Numbered from the stretch's first letter, positions 13,220-27,399 are shown. The stretch is 64,000 nt of DNA from Camelus dromedarius (GCF_036321535.1 NC_087437.1:90088001-90152000); one strand, 5' to 3'. The notes: generated by a model not told the origin, from the sequence alone. Made by a program: numbers and translations.

Positions 13220-13520
13220 ATTTCATTAATTCATTATATCATTCATTACTGACTTCCTTCTATGCTTAAACACTTTGATAAGCACAGTGGAGATACAAAA
13301 AAAGGAAAAAGAAGCTGATATCTGTCCTCAATGAACTTATAATCTATTAGAGAAAGTAAGAAGTATCAAATAACTATACCACAAGGTAAAATGCAACAGA
13401 TGCTCCTGTGAGGTAAAAATAGTGTGATGACTAGTCAGGGTGCTTAGTCCTCACCTGCAGGTATAATCAGAGAAACATCTGTGGAAGTTCAGCATCTCGT
13501 CTGCACTTTTGAGGATGAGC
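13220..13520 (-). mobile_element. L2 fragment
   Basis: ATTCATT-rich end, then CACTTTGATAAGCACAGTGGAGATACAAA..TCTGTCCTCAATGAACTTATAATCTATTAGAGA, a typical antisense L2 3' region. Confidence 0.65.
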
Positions 13521-13689
13521 ATATTTTCAATAGTCTCATATATTATGAACATTTTGTACTATATTTACATAATAATATACTTTTATATTATTTCAGAAAG
13601 GGTTATTCCCTTTTAGCTAGTGCATTTTTAAAAAATTCTCAACCCTTGGTCCCCTTTTCCAAGAAGGCAGCCTGTTCTCTCACTGCACT

Positions 13690-13872
13690 ATGTTCATACA
13701 TCAATCAGAGCCTGTATCAAAATGCAGTGTAATCATCTCTTCATTTCTACCCCTCCCACTATGAAATCCTTGTGATGGGAACTCACTAATGTTGTTGTCC
13801 TATTTCCAAAATTTAGAATGCATCTGACATATTTTAGGTATTAAATAAATGCTTGTGGATTGACTAAATAAA
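13690..13872 (+). mobile_element. L2 3'-end fragment
   Basis: CTACCCCTCCCACTATGAAATCCTTG..GGGAAC..ATCTGACATATTTTAGGTATTAAATAAATGCTTGTGGATTGA. Confidence 0.55.
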
Positions 13873-14202
13873 CAGATAAATAATCTGCCTTAAGACAAGA
13901 AAACCTATTTTCTACTGTATATTAACAAATATTAATTGAATCGAATTCTTGGGAATATTATGACATATTTTTGGACAACAATTTTTATCTGCTTAAATCT
14001 CATTACAGACAAAATAATATTATTGTCTTATTTGACATACATTTTAAGAATTTTGCTGTATTAAATTTCATAGCCATGGCAAAGTTTTACAATTTTACAG
14101 TAGAATATTTTTCTACAGATTTAAATACAAATTCATGACTATGTACTGCTTATAGTATTTTATTAGTAAATTAAACAATTTTGAAGCAAACCTAATGGAA
14201 AA

Positions 14203-14420
14203 CAAGTATAGTTTAATGAAAAATTACAAGCATTAGATGTAGGCAGATCTAAACTTGCATATTAACTTTGCAGCATATAAGCTGTTTCCTTTGGCAAATT
14301 ACTGAAATTCCCTAAGTTTCAGTTTACTCATCAACAAAATGATAATACCAAAAACTACTTTTTTTCAAAGTTATTGTCAGGACTACACACACAGTGTATG
14401 TACTCATTTAGCAGTAGTTA
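14203..14420 (+). mobile_element. MIR SINE
   Basis: Core CTTTGGCAAATTACTGAAATTCCCTAAGTTTCAGTTTACTCATCAACAAAATGATAATACC. Confidence 0.75.
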
Positions 14421-14619
14421 CGATAATGATCTTAATGATACGAATGATAAAGCACAGTAAGTACTGATAACAAACACATAGCACTTATTATGCCTCAGGC
14501 TTGTTCTAAATATTTATATCTACTAATGATTCAATGGGAATATGTCAAGAATACCTCCTTGTGATATTGCAACCCCCTGCTGGACAGTGCCTGTAATTTC
14601 TTCTCTAACGTTTGTATTT

Positions 14620-16090
14620 AGTTAATTAATTTAACAAATAAAAATTATACAAAGAGTGGTTCTAGGTGGAATCATAGAGAAGGATTTCATCTGGAAGAAA
14701 AAAAAAAGGCCCAACACTCATAGGGCTTAATTTCTAAATTTGGGAGACAGATAATCTACAAAACAAATAAGCCAATTATATAGTATATTATATGATAGTT
14801 GTAGGAAAGGATAGGAGTGTGGGAGTAGGGACTGAGGACTGCAATGTTAAATGATGAGAAAGCATTATTTATAAGGTGTCATTTGAAAAGCTGAGGGAGT
14901 GATCTATGTGGGTGTCTCAGAGCACTGCATACCATAGAGAATCATAAGGATGAAAATCTTGAGGTCAGGCTGTGGGTATGAGAGTGTGTGTGTGTGTGTG
15001 TTTGTGTGTATGCATGGAGGGGCGGGTGGGTGTGCATGCGTAGGTGTGTTTTAAGGAAAAAACAGGAAGTCAGTGTGACTAGAGTGGTTTCAAATTTGGC
15101 AGTATAGTAGGATATGAGTTTGGACAAATAATAGATCCAATTCTAACGTTTTCATCAGATTTTAGTTTCTATTGCATTGAGATGGGAAGCTGTAAGTAGG
15201 GAAGTGACCTACACTGACTTATGTTTTCACAGGATCGCCCTTGTTGCTGTGTTGAGAATAGATTTAGGGTAGCAAACCTTAGGAGTAGAAGCCGGAAGAT
15301 TGGTACATGACTTTTGCAGTAACTGCCCCTCAGACCCAAAATAGGGCGGTAGATTTGGCCACAGTACAGATTCTGTAAGTGTTAAGATATAATTTTAAAA
15401 ACTTGATTATTTGAAAGTAAGGCCAGTAAGATTCTTACTGGGTAGTGTGTTGGATATGAAAGAGAAGTTTCTTAGATCCAAGCAACTGGAGAGTTGGAGT
15501 GGCCAACTGAGGTGGGAAATACGGTCAGAGGAATTGGTTGTGAGGATAGGAATTAGGAGAAAGCTTTTGGACTCATTAAAATTGAGATGACTGTTAGACA
15601 TCTACATGGACATGCTGAGTAGGCAGCAAAGGACAGATCTGAGCAAACAAATATAAACGTGAGTGCTATCAGCATATACGTGAACTTTAAAACTATGAGC
15701 CGTGAAGAGATCATCAAGGGATCGCAAGGAGAAAACGGGTTCAAGGGCAGACACTGAGTGCTTCCCTGTCACCAGTGGGATGAGAAGGAGTCACGTGCCA
15801 GTTAAAAAGTGGCCAGCTGGGCTGAAAAGTCAAGGTGAAGTTTTCATGGAGACGGCAGAGTAATCAGCTGTTTCCTATTCGCCAACAGGTCAAGTAACAT
15901 GAGAAACACAGAAGTGTGTTTCACAGCATGGAAGGCATTGATGATCTTAACAAAAGCAAAATTGTGAAATAGTGGGCATAAATGCCTGACTGAAAGAGGT
16001 TTGGAAAGAAAGAGAAGAAGGCATTGAAGTCATCTTTTGAGGAGTTTGACTCGAAATGTCTGCAGACGAATGGGATGGGGCTGGAGAAAA
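14620..16090 (-). mobile_element. Long L2 (L2a-like) fragment with an internal (TG)n tract near 14983-15010
   Basis: Run of recalled antisense L2 motifs: GGGAGACAGATAAT, AGGTGTCATTTGA, GGAAGTCAGTGTGACTAGAGTG, TGAGATGGGAAGC, GGATCGCCCTTGTTGCTGTGTTGAGAATAGA, TTGAGATGACTGTTAGACATC. Confidence 0.85.
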
Positions 16091-16635
16091 TATTGAGGCT
16101 ACATGGTAGCCATTCATAGGATTAGTGAGTTGAACTGAAATACTGGTTGGATGATTATTATTTCCCTATAATTTGTTCCATAGCACCAATTTAGTAAAGT
16201 ATGGTTTCATATAATTTATGGCCAAGATTACAGTAGGTCTGTGATGTGTATAATTTAAATTTACTTAATAATTCATAATTCAATTAAAAGAAACAACATG
16301 ACATAATTGTGCAACACACAGGCTTTACACCCTATTTGAGGTATACAAGAAATCAAACTTGCTCCAAAATCAACTCAAGGGCATTTATTACAATATAGTT
16401 TGTTAAACAATTAAGCATATTGGTTTACTTAACAGGATTGCATCCTGATTATTTATAGGATTGACTTAAAGAACTTACACACTTATCCTAATTCATGATG
16501 TAGATATAAGATATTTAGTATATCAATATATGCCCTCCTATTATAAGTCAAGTATATCCGAACAGTAAGAAGAAATGCTCAACAAACCCTCTCTTATAAA
16601 AAAGGACTCATATTTAACTTTATTCAAGAACTGAT

Positions 16636-16849
16636 GTATATTTCCTTGTGCTATACAGTGTAATCTTGTTTATCTACTCTACAATTTTGAAATCCCAGTC
16701 TGTACATAAAATGTTATGATAACTCACAGAGAAAAAAATGTGACAATGAGTGTGTATATGTCCATGAATGACTGAAAAATTGTGCTGAACACTGGAATTT
16801 GACACAACATTGTAAAATGATTATAAATCAATAAAAAATGTTGAAAAAA
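16636..16849 (+). mobile_element. Short, young camelid-type L1 3' end with 5' inversion and 10-bp TSD
   Basis: AAGAACTGAT at 16626-16635 and 16850-16859. Inverted piece 16636-16703; sense piece 16704-16849 ends AATAAA..A-tail. Confidence 0.9.
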
Positions 16850-18602
16850 AAGAACTGATATCATAGCCATTACTTGAATCATTTTTCTTTTATTGTTTCT
16901 ATTTCTCATTGAAAATTATTTTCAAAGTATTCATGCAGGTTATCTTTGGGTTTAGATAATATTATAAACATATCCCTTTGTCCCTTCTCTAATAGTATAT
17001 TTAATACTTCAAAGACTGCAGAAACAAAACAAACACAGGCTTAGACTCTCAAACTCTGAAATCTGGCCTCTTGGCTGAGGGCAACATTTATATTGTCAAC
17101 TGACCAGAAAATGTCATCGACTGTTCAATAACTAAAATCTCTTTTGTGAAAAAGAACAAATATATATTTATGGAAAGCATTATTTTTAATAGTTTTTGGG
17201 CTTTTATTTTACATTGTTTTTGTATTCTTAACCATTCTACTTCCTTTCATTCTGTTTTAAAGCAAAAGAGAATTATCTACTTTCTTGATGTCTGTATATA
17301 CACCTGTTCATGTAAAAACTGATGTCTTTGACTTCTTGGCAAGCTTTTTGATATTCTGTAGCCATTTACTGTGTTATAATGAGTCAAATGGCATGTAGTA
17401 TAGATTACTGTGAATAATTTTAAACTTTATTGCCTGAAGGTGGGGGGTGGTTCCATCAGTATGCAAGAGCAACAATGAGAGCGAACAGGGGTAAGGAATT
17501 CACAAATCATCGAGAAGGAGAAGACATCAGTGTCACAACTGTCAGGTTAGATAGAGGGCAAGGAAAATGTAAACAGGAGATGACCAAAACAGTGCATCTC
17601 TTAAGAAGCACATGAAAACTTTCTTGAATCATCTGTATAATATTATGTGAACAAAACTTGGTTGATGGGCAGATTGTGTCCATTTCCAACATGCTTTCTC
17701 TGGTTTTGTATACATAAATTAATATTTATGGGCAGCAAACAGAAGACATAATACGATGTTACATTTAGAGCAGGTCTCTGTCTGTATACATTTTCAGTTA
17801 ATTTATTGCACATTCTTATTCTGTTCTTACAATTTGAACTTTTCTCCCTGTTCTTCACTTCCTCATCTTATATTGTTTCTCTCAGTCAGTTCTATCACTT
17901 CTACATTGTTTAAAGTTCTCTATGAACTTCAAATGATTCTTCATATATTTCTTTCATCTCCTCTGTCATGACCTCCTTTCTTATTACAGTTTGATTTCTT
18001 TTACATGTAATTTTCTTTTGCCACCACTATGTCTCTCTACATGGGAGATACTTGTAAAATTATTTTTAGGTAAATGTGGTTATTTGTTTTATCTTGGTAC
18101 CTAGGTAATATTACCATACTTGGAGGGATTCTGCACCAAGATGGCAAATCCAGAATGTTAATAAAGTGAATTAAAATCAACTTCATATTTATTTTTATGA
18201 ACAGTGATAGCCAAAATAAAGAAAATCAAGTTTGGTAAACTATGTTAAAATATAACTCTGCCTATTATGAGAATCAACTAAAAAATGGGAAACATGTCAT
18301 GAATGTTAAGTTCATTGACTAGCATTGATTAAATGGCATTACTAAGATAGGGAGATTAAAATCCAAGGAAGGAAACACTGAAGGCGACCAAAGTAATACG
18401 AAATACTTGACTACCTGTGAGAATTATGACTGAGTGTGTATACACATTAAAAGAGAGCAATATCTAAAGATGAAAAATATTGACTATCAGAAATTAAATT
18501 AATAAAAAGTGATGGAAACAATGTTATATCATGTCACTGAACAGAATTCAGATAGCTCCTTTTCTTGCCTAAGAGAATTAAAGGCCTATGTTATCATTGT
18601 GG

Positions 18603-18750
18603 ATTTTAGGCTGAAAATAAATCTCAGAGATCCTGAGACCATCATTTAATGGTGACGACACTGAAACCTAAGGTCACATAATTTTTTAGTGGTGGAGCAA
18701 GATTAGGACTCTGACCTGGTGGTTGTACTTGTTACCCCCAGCTGCCTCTT
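18603..18750 (-). mobile_element. MIR3-like SINE fragment (another fragment follows at about 18795-18880)
   Basis: ACTGAAACCTAAGGTCACATA..AGTGGTGGAGCAAGATTAGGACTCTGAC..CAGCTGCCTC. Confidence 0.55.
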
Positions 18751-21700
18751 CATCTCAATTTTTATACTAACTATGTTTTTGTAAAGTTGATCAATAGAAT
18801 TTTAGATTTAGAAGAGTCCCTAAAAAAGGCTATTAATTATACAGACAGAAGCCTAAGACCAGGAGAGGTTAAGGACCAAATGGAGGGGAATGAGAGGCTG
18901 AATAATGAAGTAGGGCAGGTTTCTTCTCTGGGTTTTTACAACCTTGAGTAGCAACCAACTTTCCTAATAATGACTAAAATGAAAATGGCACCTTCTCTGG
19001 TTGTGGGGAGCAGATCAAGTGATATCCTGTAACTACTTTAAACTCAGGCACAAGATCATGCATCTCTGCCATCTCTTCTGCCTTTACCATTCATGAATGT
19101 AGACATATCTGCAAAAACCTCAGAAATACATCAATTCTCTGACTTCTAACTGCAATGTACCAGTCTCACCTTTTAATCTTAAAATATGTTGCACATAAGC
19201 AATTCTCCTAATGGAATTGCATTAGATTGAATTCCTCCAATAGTAATGTAACAAAATGAAATAATTACTTTCATTTATAAGAATGTTTTACATTAAATAA
19301 ATCTACCTTGCTTTTACATTATACAGATAAGAAGATGACTTTGAGTCTGACTCTAAATTACTTTAACCTTCTACTGTTATATTCCTGACAACTGAATATT
19401 TTGATTAGAAAATTTCTAGAGTGCAAATACCATCACTACATTGTCCTTTTTGATACATATTCCTTATTTGTCTTAGTAGATTGTCCATAAAATTTCAGGG
19501 ACAGTCAAGCAGCCCAAAATGCATGGCATACTGGAGTATAGAATTGTTGATTGAGTTAATGGATGGCAATCAATTTGACTTGAGAAATTAAAGTGATTAA
19601 ATATACTGATTTTCTGCTAAATCTCTGAAAAATTTCATAGAAACATTGCACAGAAAAATTATAGTACAAAAGGGAGAATTTGTTTGCAATTCATAGAGAA
19701 GATGATAAAGTAATTTACATTCAACCAGAATTTCACGTTAAATAAATCAACTCATTAGTAAGTCATATGTGTACTTTTTCCCTATCTCTTCAAAATATAC
19801 ATTCCCCAAACTCATTTCAGATTCCTGTTCTATATTAATTATCTATTGAACTTTGTCTTTATGAATAGTAGGCATTAAAATGCAACCATACTCACTGAGA
19901 AAGAAAGTGAAATATCTATCAATCTGTCCTTTATGACTATTTTGTATACACAGTGCATATAAGAATTAAAATAATTTTTTTCAGAATATGGCACATAACC
20001 CTTAACTATCATTCCTTTGTCTTGGAACTAGGACAGGATTGAAATCTACAACTATTGATAAGAGGAAATCATTAACCATCATTTTGACTAGGTTGATATA
20101 AATAAAATAATATAAATAATATAAATAATAATATACATAATATAAATAAAAGACAAGTAGTTGAGTACATCCTTTGGCATTTATATTCATGGAAAATTAT
20201 CAAATGTGGCTGCTTTCAAACACTAGGAGTTAGAAACCAAACAGATCTAAGATGCAGATAATCATTTGCACTTAAATGCTTGCTGTGGCATTATATATTC
20301 TATTAAATTGAAGTATTGTAAACCAACTGAATGCCTTAAAATAAGGGAATCATTAAATAAGACTTAAAAAAAAACTCTGTAGGGAATAATTTTTAGTAAT
20401 CAAATTATATTTTTGATAAACTTTTAGTGGTTACATACATGCTCAAAACTAATACTAAGCAAAAGAATAAGAACAAAAGAAGAATGCAGTCATCTACTTG
20501 CCTCAATTCCCATTTTACATTATTATCATTACTATTACTATTATCTCCTATTGAGAAAATATTGAAAGAAAACATGCCAAGATATAATGAAGCATTAACA
20601 CATAATTTTAGTACAATGATTGTAGGGTATCAATGAGCATTGTTAATGTTCTGCACAATGAGGTAATGAGTGATTTTTCTTTCCTTTGACATATTTTTCT
20701 TAACAATAATGCTTTCTTTGTATACTCAGAAAGTAATAAAAATTTACTATTAATGCCAATGTGTGATTAATAATAAAATGGCTATTAAAGCAAATATATT
20801 GAGTTAAGAAGGAAATATTCCTATGGGCTGTTTCTAATGCAGTTTCATAAACGAGGCGGGACTGGAAGGGTATGATGGAAAAGTAAACATAAAAGTTCTG
20901 GTATGTGGAGTGTGAATGTGATTTAGGTAATAGGGATGTCCTCCTCTAGTGAAAGCAATATTTATTCAAGTAAAAACATGGTGGTTTTCTAGAATGTTTA
21001 CTTTTATTTAAAAATTTCTTCACGTATAGTTTATTTCACTATCAACCAAATTTTTAAAAATTATCATTTCAAGGAAGTATTTTTAAGAGAAATTTTGTTA
21101 TAATATACTTTCTAAAGTCAGATTTAGTTGAATAGTGATTTTGTTCCTTTAGTAAAAGTATAATCACATGATATCTATCTAGAGTTTTCAAACTACTATT
21201 TGGAATCCTGGTAAATGCTGACAATCATTATATGTATGTACGATATATATTTTATTATTATTTTTTACTGGAAACATGACCAAATTAAAAAGAAAAAGAA
21301 AAATTATCTCTACTCTTCTAAAACCCTGTTGGAAGCTGAGTTTAAAGAGTGTGTACCGAGTGGCTGAAAGTCTCTTAACTTCTTCAGCGAAGAAGAAAAG
21401 TTTCAAAACTCCTAATCAGTGCTAAGAGAAACCACACGGCTTACTTAGTTTACTAAATAAATTCTCTCATTTAATTCTCTAGGATTTTCTTTTCAAATTA
21501 ATCTCTGTATTCCATAGTTATTCTCACTTCATCAGGCTTCAAAGTCCAGACTAATTTGGCAAAATAGAAATGTGGCACACGTTTACACCGGCCCCAGCCT
21601 AATCACAGAACTACCAAGGCTCCCTCAATGTCGATCTAATTCAGTCACACATTATCTTCTCATTACCTTAAATCAAAGTTTGCTGCTTCATCCCTCTTCA

Positions 21701-21783
21701 TTTTACTAGTGGATTGAAAGAACCACTGGCCCACAATATGTCAAAGATTCAATGGTGTAAAATATAAGAGCTGCATTATGACC

Positions 21784-21995
21784 CCATTTATTGGGTACCA
21801 ATTGCATGCCAAACACAATGCAAAGTAATTTGTACTATTACCTTAGGAGAGGAGGAGGAATGGTTTTATGACAGATGAGAAGACCAAGAGTCAGAGAAGT
21901 TCAAACCTGCCCATAGTCATCACGCTGTAAAAGTTATAGAGCTGTTCCCGAAAGCTGGGTGTGCCTGACTCTAACGTCCAAGCTTTTCAACTCTT
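21784..21995 (-). mobile_element. MIR SINE
   Basis: CATTTATTGGGTACC..TGCCAAACAC, ACAGATGAGAAGACCAAGAGTCAGAGAAGTT..CTGCCCATAGTCA, GCCTGACTCTAACGTCCAAGCTTTT. Confidence 0.75.
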
Positions 21996-24404
21996 TGATA
22001 TGGCAAAAAACAAGTGGAAAGCTAAAAATCACAGTGAATTAAATCCATAGCATGTGAAGAATTGGTATGAACAGTAAATATGCTGAGTTGTCATCTATTA
22101 TTTGAATAACTCATTGAGAAATGGGCCTGAAAAATAAAACGATCAAAACTAGGCTTGTACATAATCCCTAAATGTAAGTTTCTGACTAGTTATAAACAAT
22201 CATTATATACTGGTGTATTTTATCACCTCCATTGAACACTATCTCTTCTCCTAAGTGGATAGAAACTGAGACAGTAAGACAGCAAAACAGTAAGATCCTA
22301 TTTAACTTTAAAATGACACAATAACATGAGCAAGTAACAGGCGGTGAGGGATCATGGCTCAGCAATTTTACTTTTGTTTTCAGAAGCAATAAGAAATTAA
22401 ATAAATTGGTTTGACTTTGAGAGGATAATACTGAAAATGACTTCAAAATGATCTTTAGGTATTATCAGAAATATATAGAATAAAATTTCGTTAAAATAAG
22501 CAGACAGCCAAAACAAGAAACATTGTACAAAACCAAAGCAGAATGACAATATGTAATCTGATAGTCAACAATCCTCATGAGAATGTAAAATTCAAAGTGC
22601 AGGTAATAGTATAAATAAAGCAATAATTTGTTTTTCCATAGCTGTATTCCCCATGTTTCTGAAACATGATGGGGTTTTATTTGTTGAATGGTTGAGTGAA
22701 TGAATGAATGTGTGGTTATATTGATATTTTGAGAAAAATCTTTGACACAATATTTTAATAACTGTTTTCGGTTTCTAGTGCTATATTAGTTTGAAAGTTT
22801 CAAACTCAAAAAAAGTGAAAATTAAAATGTTGAGGTCGGTTAAGAGACAGGTAACAGAACTTACGAAATTAAGAAATTACAATCTAAGTAAAAAGGAAAT
22901 TACACGCTGATTTTAGTTGATAAAATAACAGCAGTTAGTGAAAATCTTTAAGCATATAAATTTAGTAGTACAAGTATAATTACTGAAAATTATTTCTTTC
23001 TACTGAAAAAATAGGAGGAAATCTGCTTAAAGTGAAGGAGATACTAGGAAAACTTCGTAACTGTGACCCTGCTAAAATTTTGCAAAGGATACATTTAGCA
23101 AAGTTAATCAATAGATTGACATCTATTTTATCATTTACCAAACAAACATTTACTGATTGCCCACAGATGTCAGGAATTGGAATAGGCACTAGAAATCCAA
23201 AGAAAGCTTAGAGGTATAATCTGGCACCAGCGTTCCAAATGAATGATTTTTAACCCAGCCTGAGAATGAATTAGATGCTCTTCAAATTGTAGTCTCTGAG
23301 CACTGTGATATATTGTGTTACTATGATTCTAAGCATCGTTTCCTGTAGAAGTTCTCTTTTGATTCATTCAAAATAATGCAATTTATAGAGAAATAGTTAA
23401 ACTTGTAGCTCTAAAGCATGATCCAAAGAAAGAAGCTGATTGTTAGTCTAGCCATATTTCTATATTACCCATAATCGGAAAAAAAAATTCCATTCTCTGG
23501 TTCTATGGGGCGATACGCAAATCAGAATTCATCTACACAATGGAGTTTTGTGATTTCTCTCAGCATAACCTATCTCTATTTGCTAGCTCCTTACATGACA
23601 GAGGGTTCAATAACCCCCACTTCTCCAGCACTCTGGCAAAGGAGCAAGAGATTGCTTTCCAGGCGGGTAGTCACAAGTAAGCAATTTCAGGAATCCTCTA
23701 ATGAGGCCATCCATAAGGTTTTCCTCACTGAGTTCGTTCACCAACCACAGGGGGAAAGAAAAGGTAATTCTAGCAGCCTGTTTGAAGGAGGAAAACACAC
23801 ATACATACATACATACATACACACACTTCCTTGTGTTAAAAAAAATGCATAAATAAATTGATCATTATATAAGGTTGTCTGGGACAACAATTTATGCATG
23901 TCATTTGATATATTCTCTAGGCCTTGACTAAATTTAGACTTCAAGGAGTGCTTTGTTTTAAATATTCCATATTTAGTATTTTATTAGCTTAAAAATTCTC
24001 CTTTTTGGAAAAAAGACTCAGAAATAAATGTATGTTTTTATTTTAAATTGAGATCTTAACGTACATGTGCTCAATAGTTGTTTATATATATCTATGACTT
24101 ATACCTAATAGAATGAAGTGCATCACCTAAAGTATTTATTTCAGCTGTTTGGAATATTTTTGTTCTGTTCTCTCTCAGTGGAATAGTGAGCTCTATGATT
24201 GGAACATAGTGAATTTTTTTTTCTGAGATAGTGTCAAAAAAGTGTTCAAAGGTATGAGATGACTATGACCTCAGACATACAGGTGGAAGTATTAGGGTGA
24301 TATTAGAGATTTCAGGACTTTGTTGTCAATCTCATGCAAAGCTCATTAATTGCCATGAGGAATGTTTTTTTTTTAAAAAATAAAATGTTATGCCCTTTCA
24401 AAGT

Positions 24405-24620
24405 TATCTGAACCAGGAATTGTAGGATTGGAGTCTGGAATTTGCATTTGTTTGTTTGTTTGTTTGGAAAATGTAACTTTTTTTTAAATTGAAGTAGAGT
24501 CAATTACAATATGTCTATCTCTGGTGTATAGCACAATACCCCAGTCATGCATATACATACCTACATGGGCTTTGTATTTTGAACACACTGTTTTGGTGAT
24601 GTTTTATGTACAATAAAGTT
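24405..24620. mobile_element. MER5-like hAT MITE fragment interrupted by a short L1 tail
   Basis: GGAGTCTGGAATTTGCATTT | TTTGAACAC..GGTGATGTTTTATGTACAATAAAGTT matches the recalled MER5 3' half when the insert is removed. Confidence 0.5.
24450..24570 (-). mobile_element. Very short L1 3'-end insertion (camelid-type)
   Basis: T-run, then AAATTGAAGTAGAGTCAATTACAAT..TCTGGTGTATAGCACAAT..CAGTCATGCATATACATAC. Candidate TSD TTTGCATTT (24441-24449) / TTTGTATTT (24571-24579). Confidence 0.8.
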
Positions 24621-25199
24621 CTGCTACAGTTAATCTGAATAGTTCTCATCTCTTCCTCCAATGCATAAAATAAACCCCTCTAATTGAAATTATTACTAGT
24701 ATAAATTTCCATAGACTTCTAGAATAAAAAATGACTAAAGAATTCAGCCATTCAAATCCTCCCCACAACTTTGGGGTAGGGGAACTCATTCCAAATTTCT
24801 ATTTACAAACTTTAAATGAGTCATTTCTACAGAAATTCTTGGCCCTGCCCCCAAATTCAAGCCCCTGAGGCAACAATTTTCAGGTCACTCCTGTCCTTTG
24901 CCACTGCTCTGTGGCTCCTTCCAACTCTAAACTCTCCTTCCACCACAGCTCACTGAAGACATTGGCATCTTATTCCCATGGCTATGCCTAGTCTGTGTCA
25001 CCAGCCATTATGGATTTGATATTTCTAGGGGTATCTTTGATGTCAATTACTAGTTCTTGGCCCAAGTCTTTCTAGGTCTCTCACTCTCACTTGCCGATAT
25101 CCAAGTTCTTCAAATTCACAGAGACTTTCAAGTTCCTTGATGTCCTATCTTCTCCCAATTTTAGGAAAGCTACTTTCAGGTGTTATGTTATATTCATAA

Positions 25200-26500
25200 T
25201 CAAGAGACTGTGTCATCTTCTACACCAACAATGCCCTCAACTTTACCGGGGACTCCACCTCACCTTATCCTCCTTCCTAAGTTGCTCTCTAAAACCTCAC
25301 CCCTTCATTCATTCACTTAGACTTACGAGAAAGCTTGGCTGAAGAAAATTATGCAATTAAGTATAAGTCAGTGGTTTTCAAACTCAGCTGGTCAGCTCAA
25401 AAGTACTTTTGTTTCTTTTTTATTTTCCCATTCAGTAGTCATTCCAAAGTTTCAGTACCCATTCTTAAACTTGTTACCTACACCCTAAGAAAATTCTCAG
25501 CAAACTAAACTTATTGCACTTACGGATGAATTGTCATCAAAAGTAATCCCTTTACCCTTCCATTCAGCTTGTTTAGGCTCCAAATGAATCCTTTCATCTC
25601 CTCAGGGTCCCTTCCATATCAACAACCCTATCACATGTTTGTAGCTTTACCCTGTCTTTAACACATCTACTGACTCCTTCCTCTCAGCAGGTACATGATG
25701 TAAATGATGCTCAGGGGTTAGAGCATCAGAGATGTATGTGTGTGATATGTTGAGGAGGGGAAGGCAGAGAGAGTATTCAAGTATGAAAATAAGCATCACT
25801 AATTGAACAACACTTATTGAGCATGAATCTTGTAATGCAAGCTCTTTACAAATATCCCCCGGAAAACCCTAAAGGTGGGTGTCATTATCCTAATTTTACA
25901 GCAGAAATCTGAGATTCAAGCTCTACAACTTGTCCAGTTAGGTAATAACAGCTAATATTAATTTAGCTCTTACTACTTATCGGGCATAGTTCAAACCACT
26001 TTATTCAGTAATGTCATCTTCTCAATAAGCTTATTAAGTAAATAGTCATATAGTCCCTATTTTATAGTGGAGGAAACATCACCCAATCCTATCTAGCATC
26101 TTTTTCTCCCTTAATAGACCGAATTCTTGAAAGCACTGTCTGTCTTCAAGATCTCTTCTCCTTCACTTTACAAGGACTCTCACTAGTTGGAGTTTTCATA
26201 CCAAGCCCCTTTTGCTGACACAAAGGTGCAACACTACTGCATCCTTGTTTCCAAATCTATTGTTTCTCTATTGCCTTCTTGTCTCTCCATCTATCTCTGT
26301 TTCGCTCTGTTTCTCTTCCTACCTTCTTATTCACAGATAGCAGATTATAGTAATAATCTCCTACCAATCTTTTTACTGCCTTCTGAGTGTCCCTTCTAAA
26401 ACAAAAACATGATCATAATCAGTTTGTCCACTACTGAATTCCACGAGCCTAAGGATAAAATTTCCCAGGCAAGACACACAAGGACTTGTCCTCCAGCCCT
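25200..26500 (+). mobile_element. Fragmented L2 interrupted by MIR copies
   Basis: Pyrimidine-rich L2 ORF2/3'-like segments (CTTGGCTGAAGAAAATT, ACTGACTCCTTCCTCTCAGCA, ATTCTTGAAAGCACTGTCT, CAAAAACATGATCAT). Confidence 0.5.
25805..26080 (-). mobile_element. Two tandem MIR fragments
   Basis: ACTTATTGAGCA..CATTATCCTAATTTTACAGCAGAAATCTGAG and ATAACAGCTAATATT..CCCTATTTTATAGTGGAGGAAAC. Confidence 0.65.
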
Positions 26501-26749
26501 CCTGAGCTACTGGTAATTTTCTGCACTTGTCCTCACCTGCCCATGCACTCGAACATTCTCTGCTTTCCTTTCCAACATATCACCCACATGCACACACACA
26601 CACACGCCCACACAGAATCACACTTCTGTCTAGTTAACTCTGTATGTTACTCACATTACATGACCCACCATATGCTCATTCAGATTTTCCCTAACTTCCT
26701 TTACAAACAAACTATTCATACTTCATTCGCTTTGATCATCGTTCTAGAT

Positions 26750-26963
26750 CAGAGCTCAACAAACTGTTTCTGTAAAAGGCCAGATTTTAGGCTCTGTGGG
26801 CCTAGAGGCAAAACTGAGCAACTGTTTTCTTGGAAAGACTAATAGTCTGTTTAAATTTTACATCTGACATTTAATAATGTAAAAAATCATTTTTACTTCT
26901 TGGTACATACAAAACAAGCAGTGGGCCAGATTTGATCCGTAGGATATAATTTGCCAATATTTG
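26750..26963. mobile_element. MER58-family hAT-Charlie MITE with 8-bp TSD
   Basis: CAGAGCTCAACAAACTGTTTCTGTAAAAGGCCAGAT..GGGCCAGATTTGATCC..TTTGCCAATATTTG. Flanks TTCTAGAT (26742-26749) / TCCTAGAT (26964-26971) fit the NTCTAGAN target preference. Confidence 0.85.
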
Positions 26964-27399
26964 TCCTAGATAATAATTATTTTTATAATTTACCTATCTT
27001 CCCTATTTTACAATGAGAATATAGGGAATGTTTTATCTTTTTTTATTTTTTAGTGATTATCTCAATATTTGGTCATTTACTAGGTGTTAATTAATGTAAA
27101 GTAAATAAGTGATATTTAATCCTGAGTCCGTGCCAAAAAATGCAGGCAAGCATTTCATTTTATAGAAAAAGAACTTGCACTAAGAGAAATGTTAAATGGC
27201 TTAACTAAGTTTATAGTAAGTATAAATATATACTTCTATTTAACCGTATATGATGAGTGCATTATAACATAGTCATTTGTGCATGTTTCTTATTCAGGGA
27301 GGGAGAGATGTGCCTTATTCCTTTGTTTATCCTAGGTCAGCATTCAGCATTGAGCCACATAATTTAAAACCATGCAGTTGCTTTCATCACGTGGTGCAT

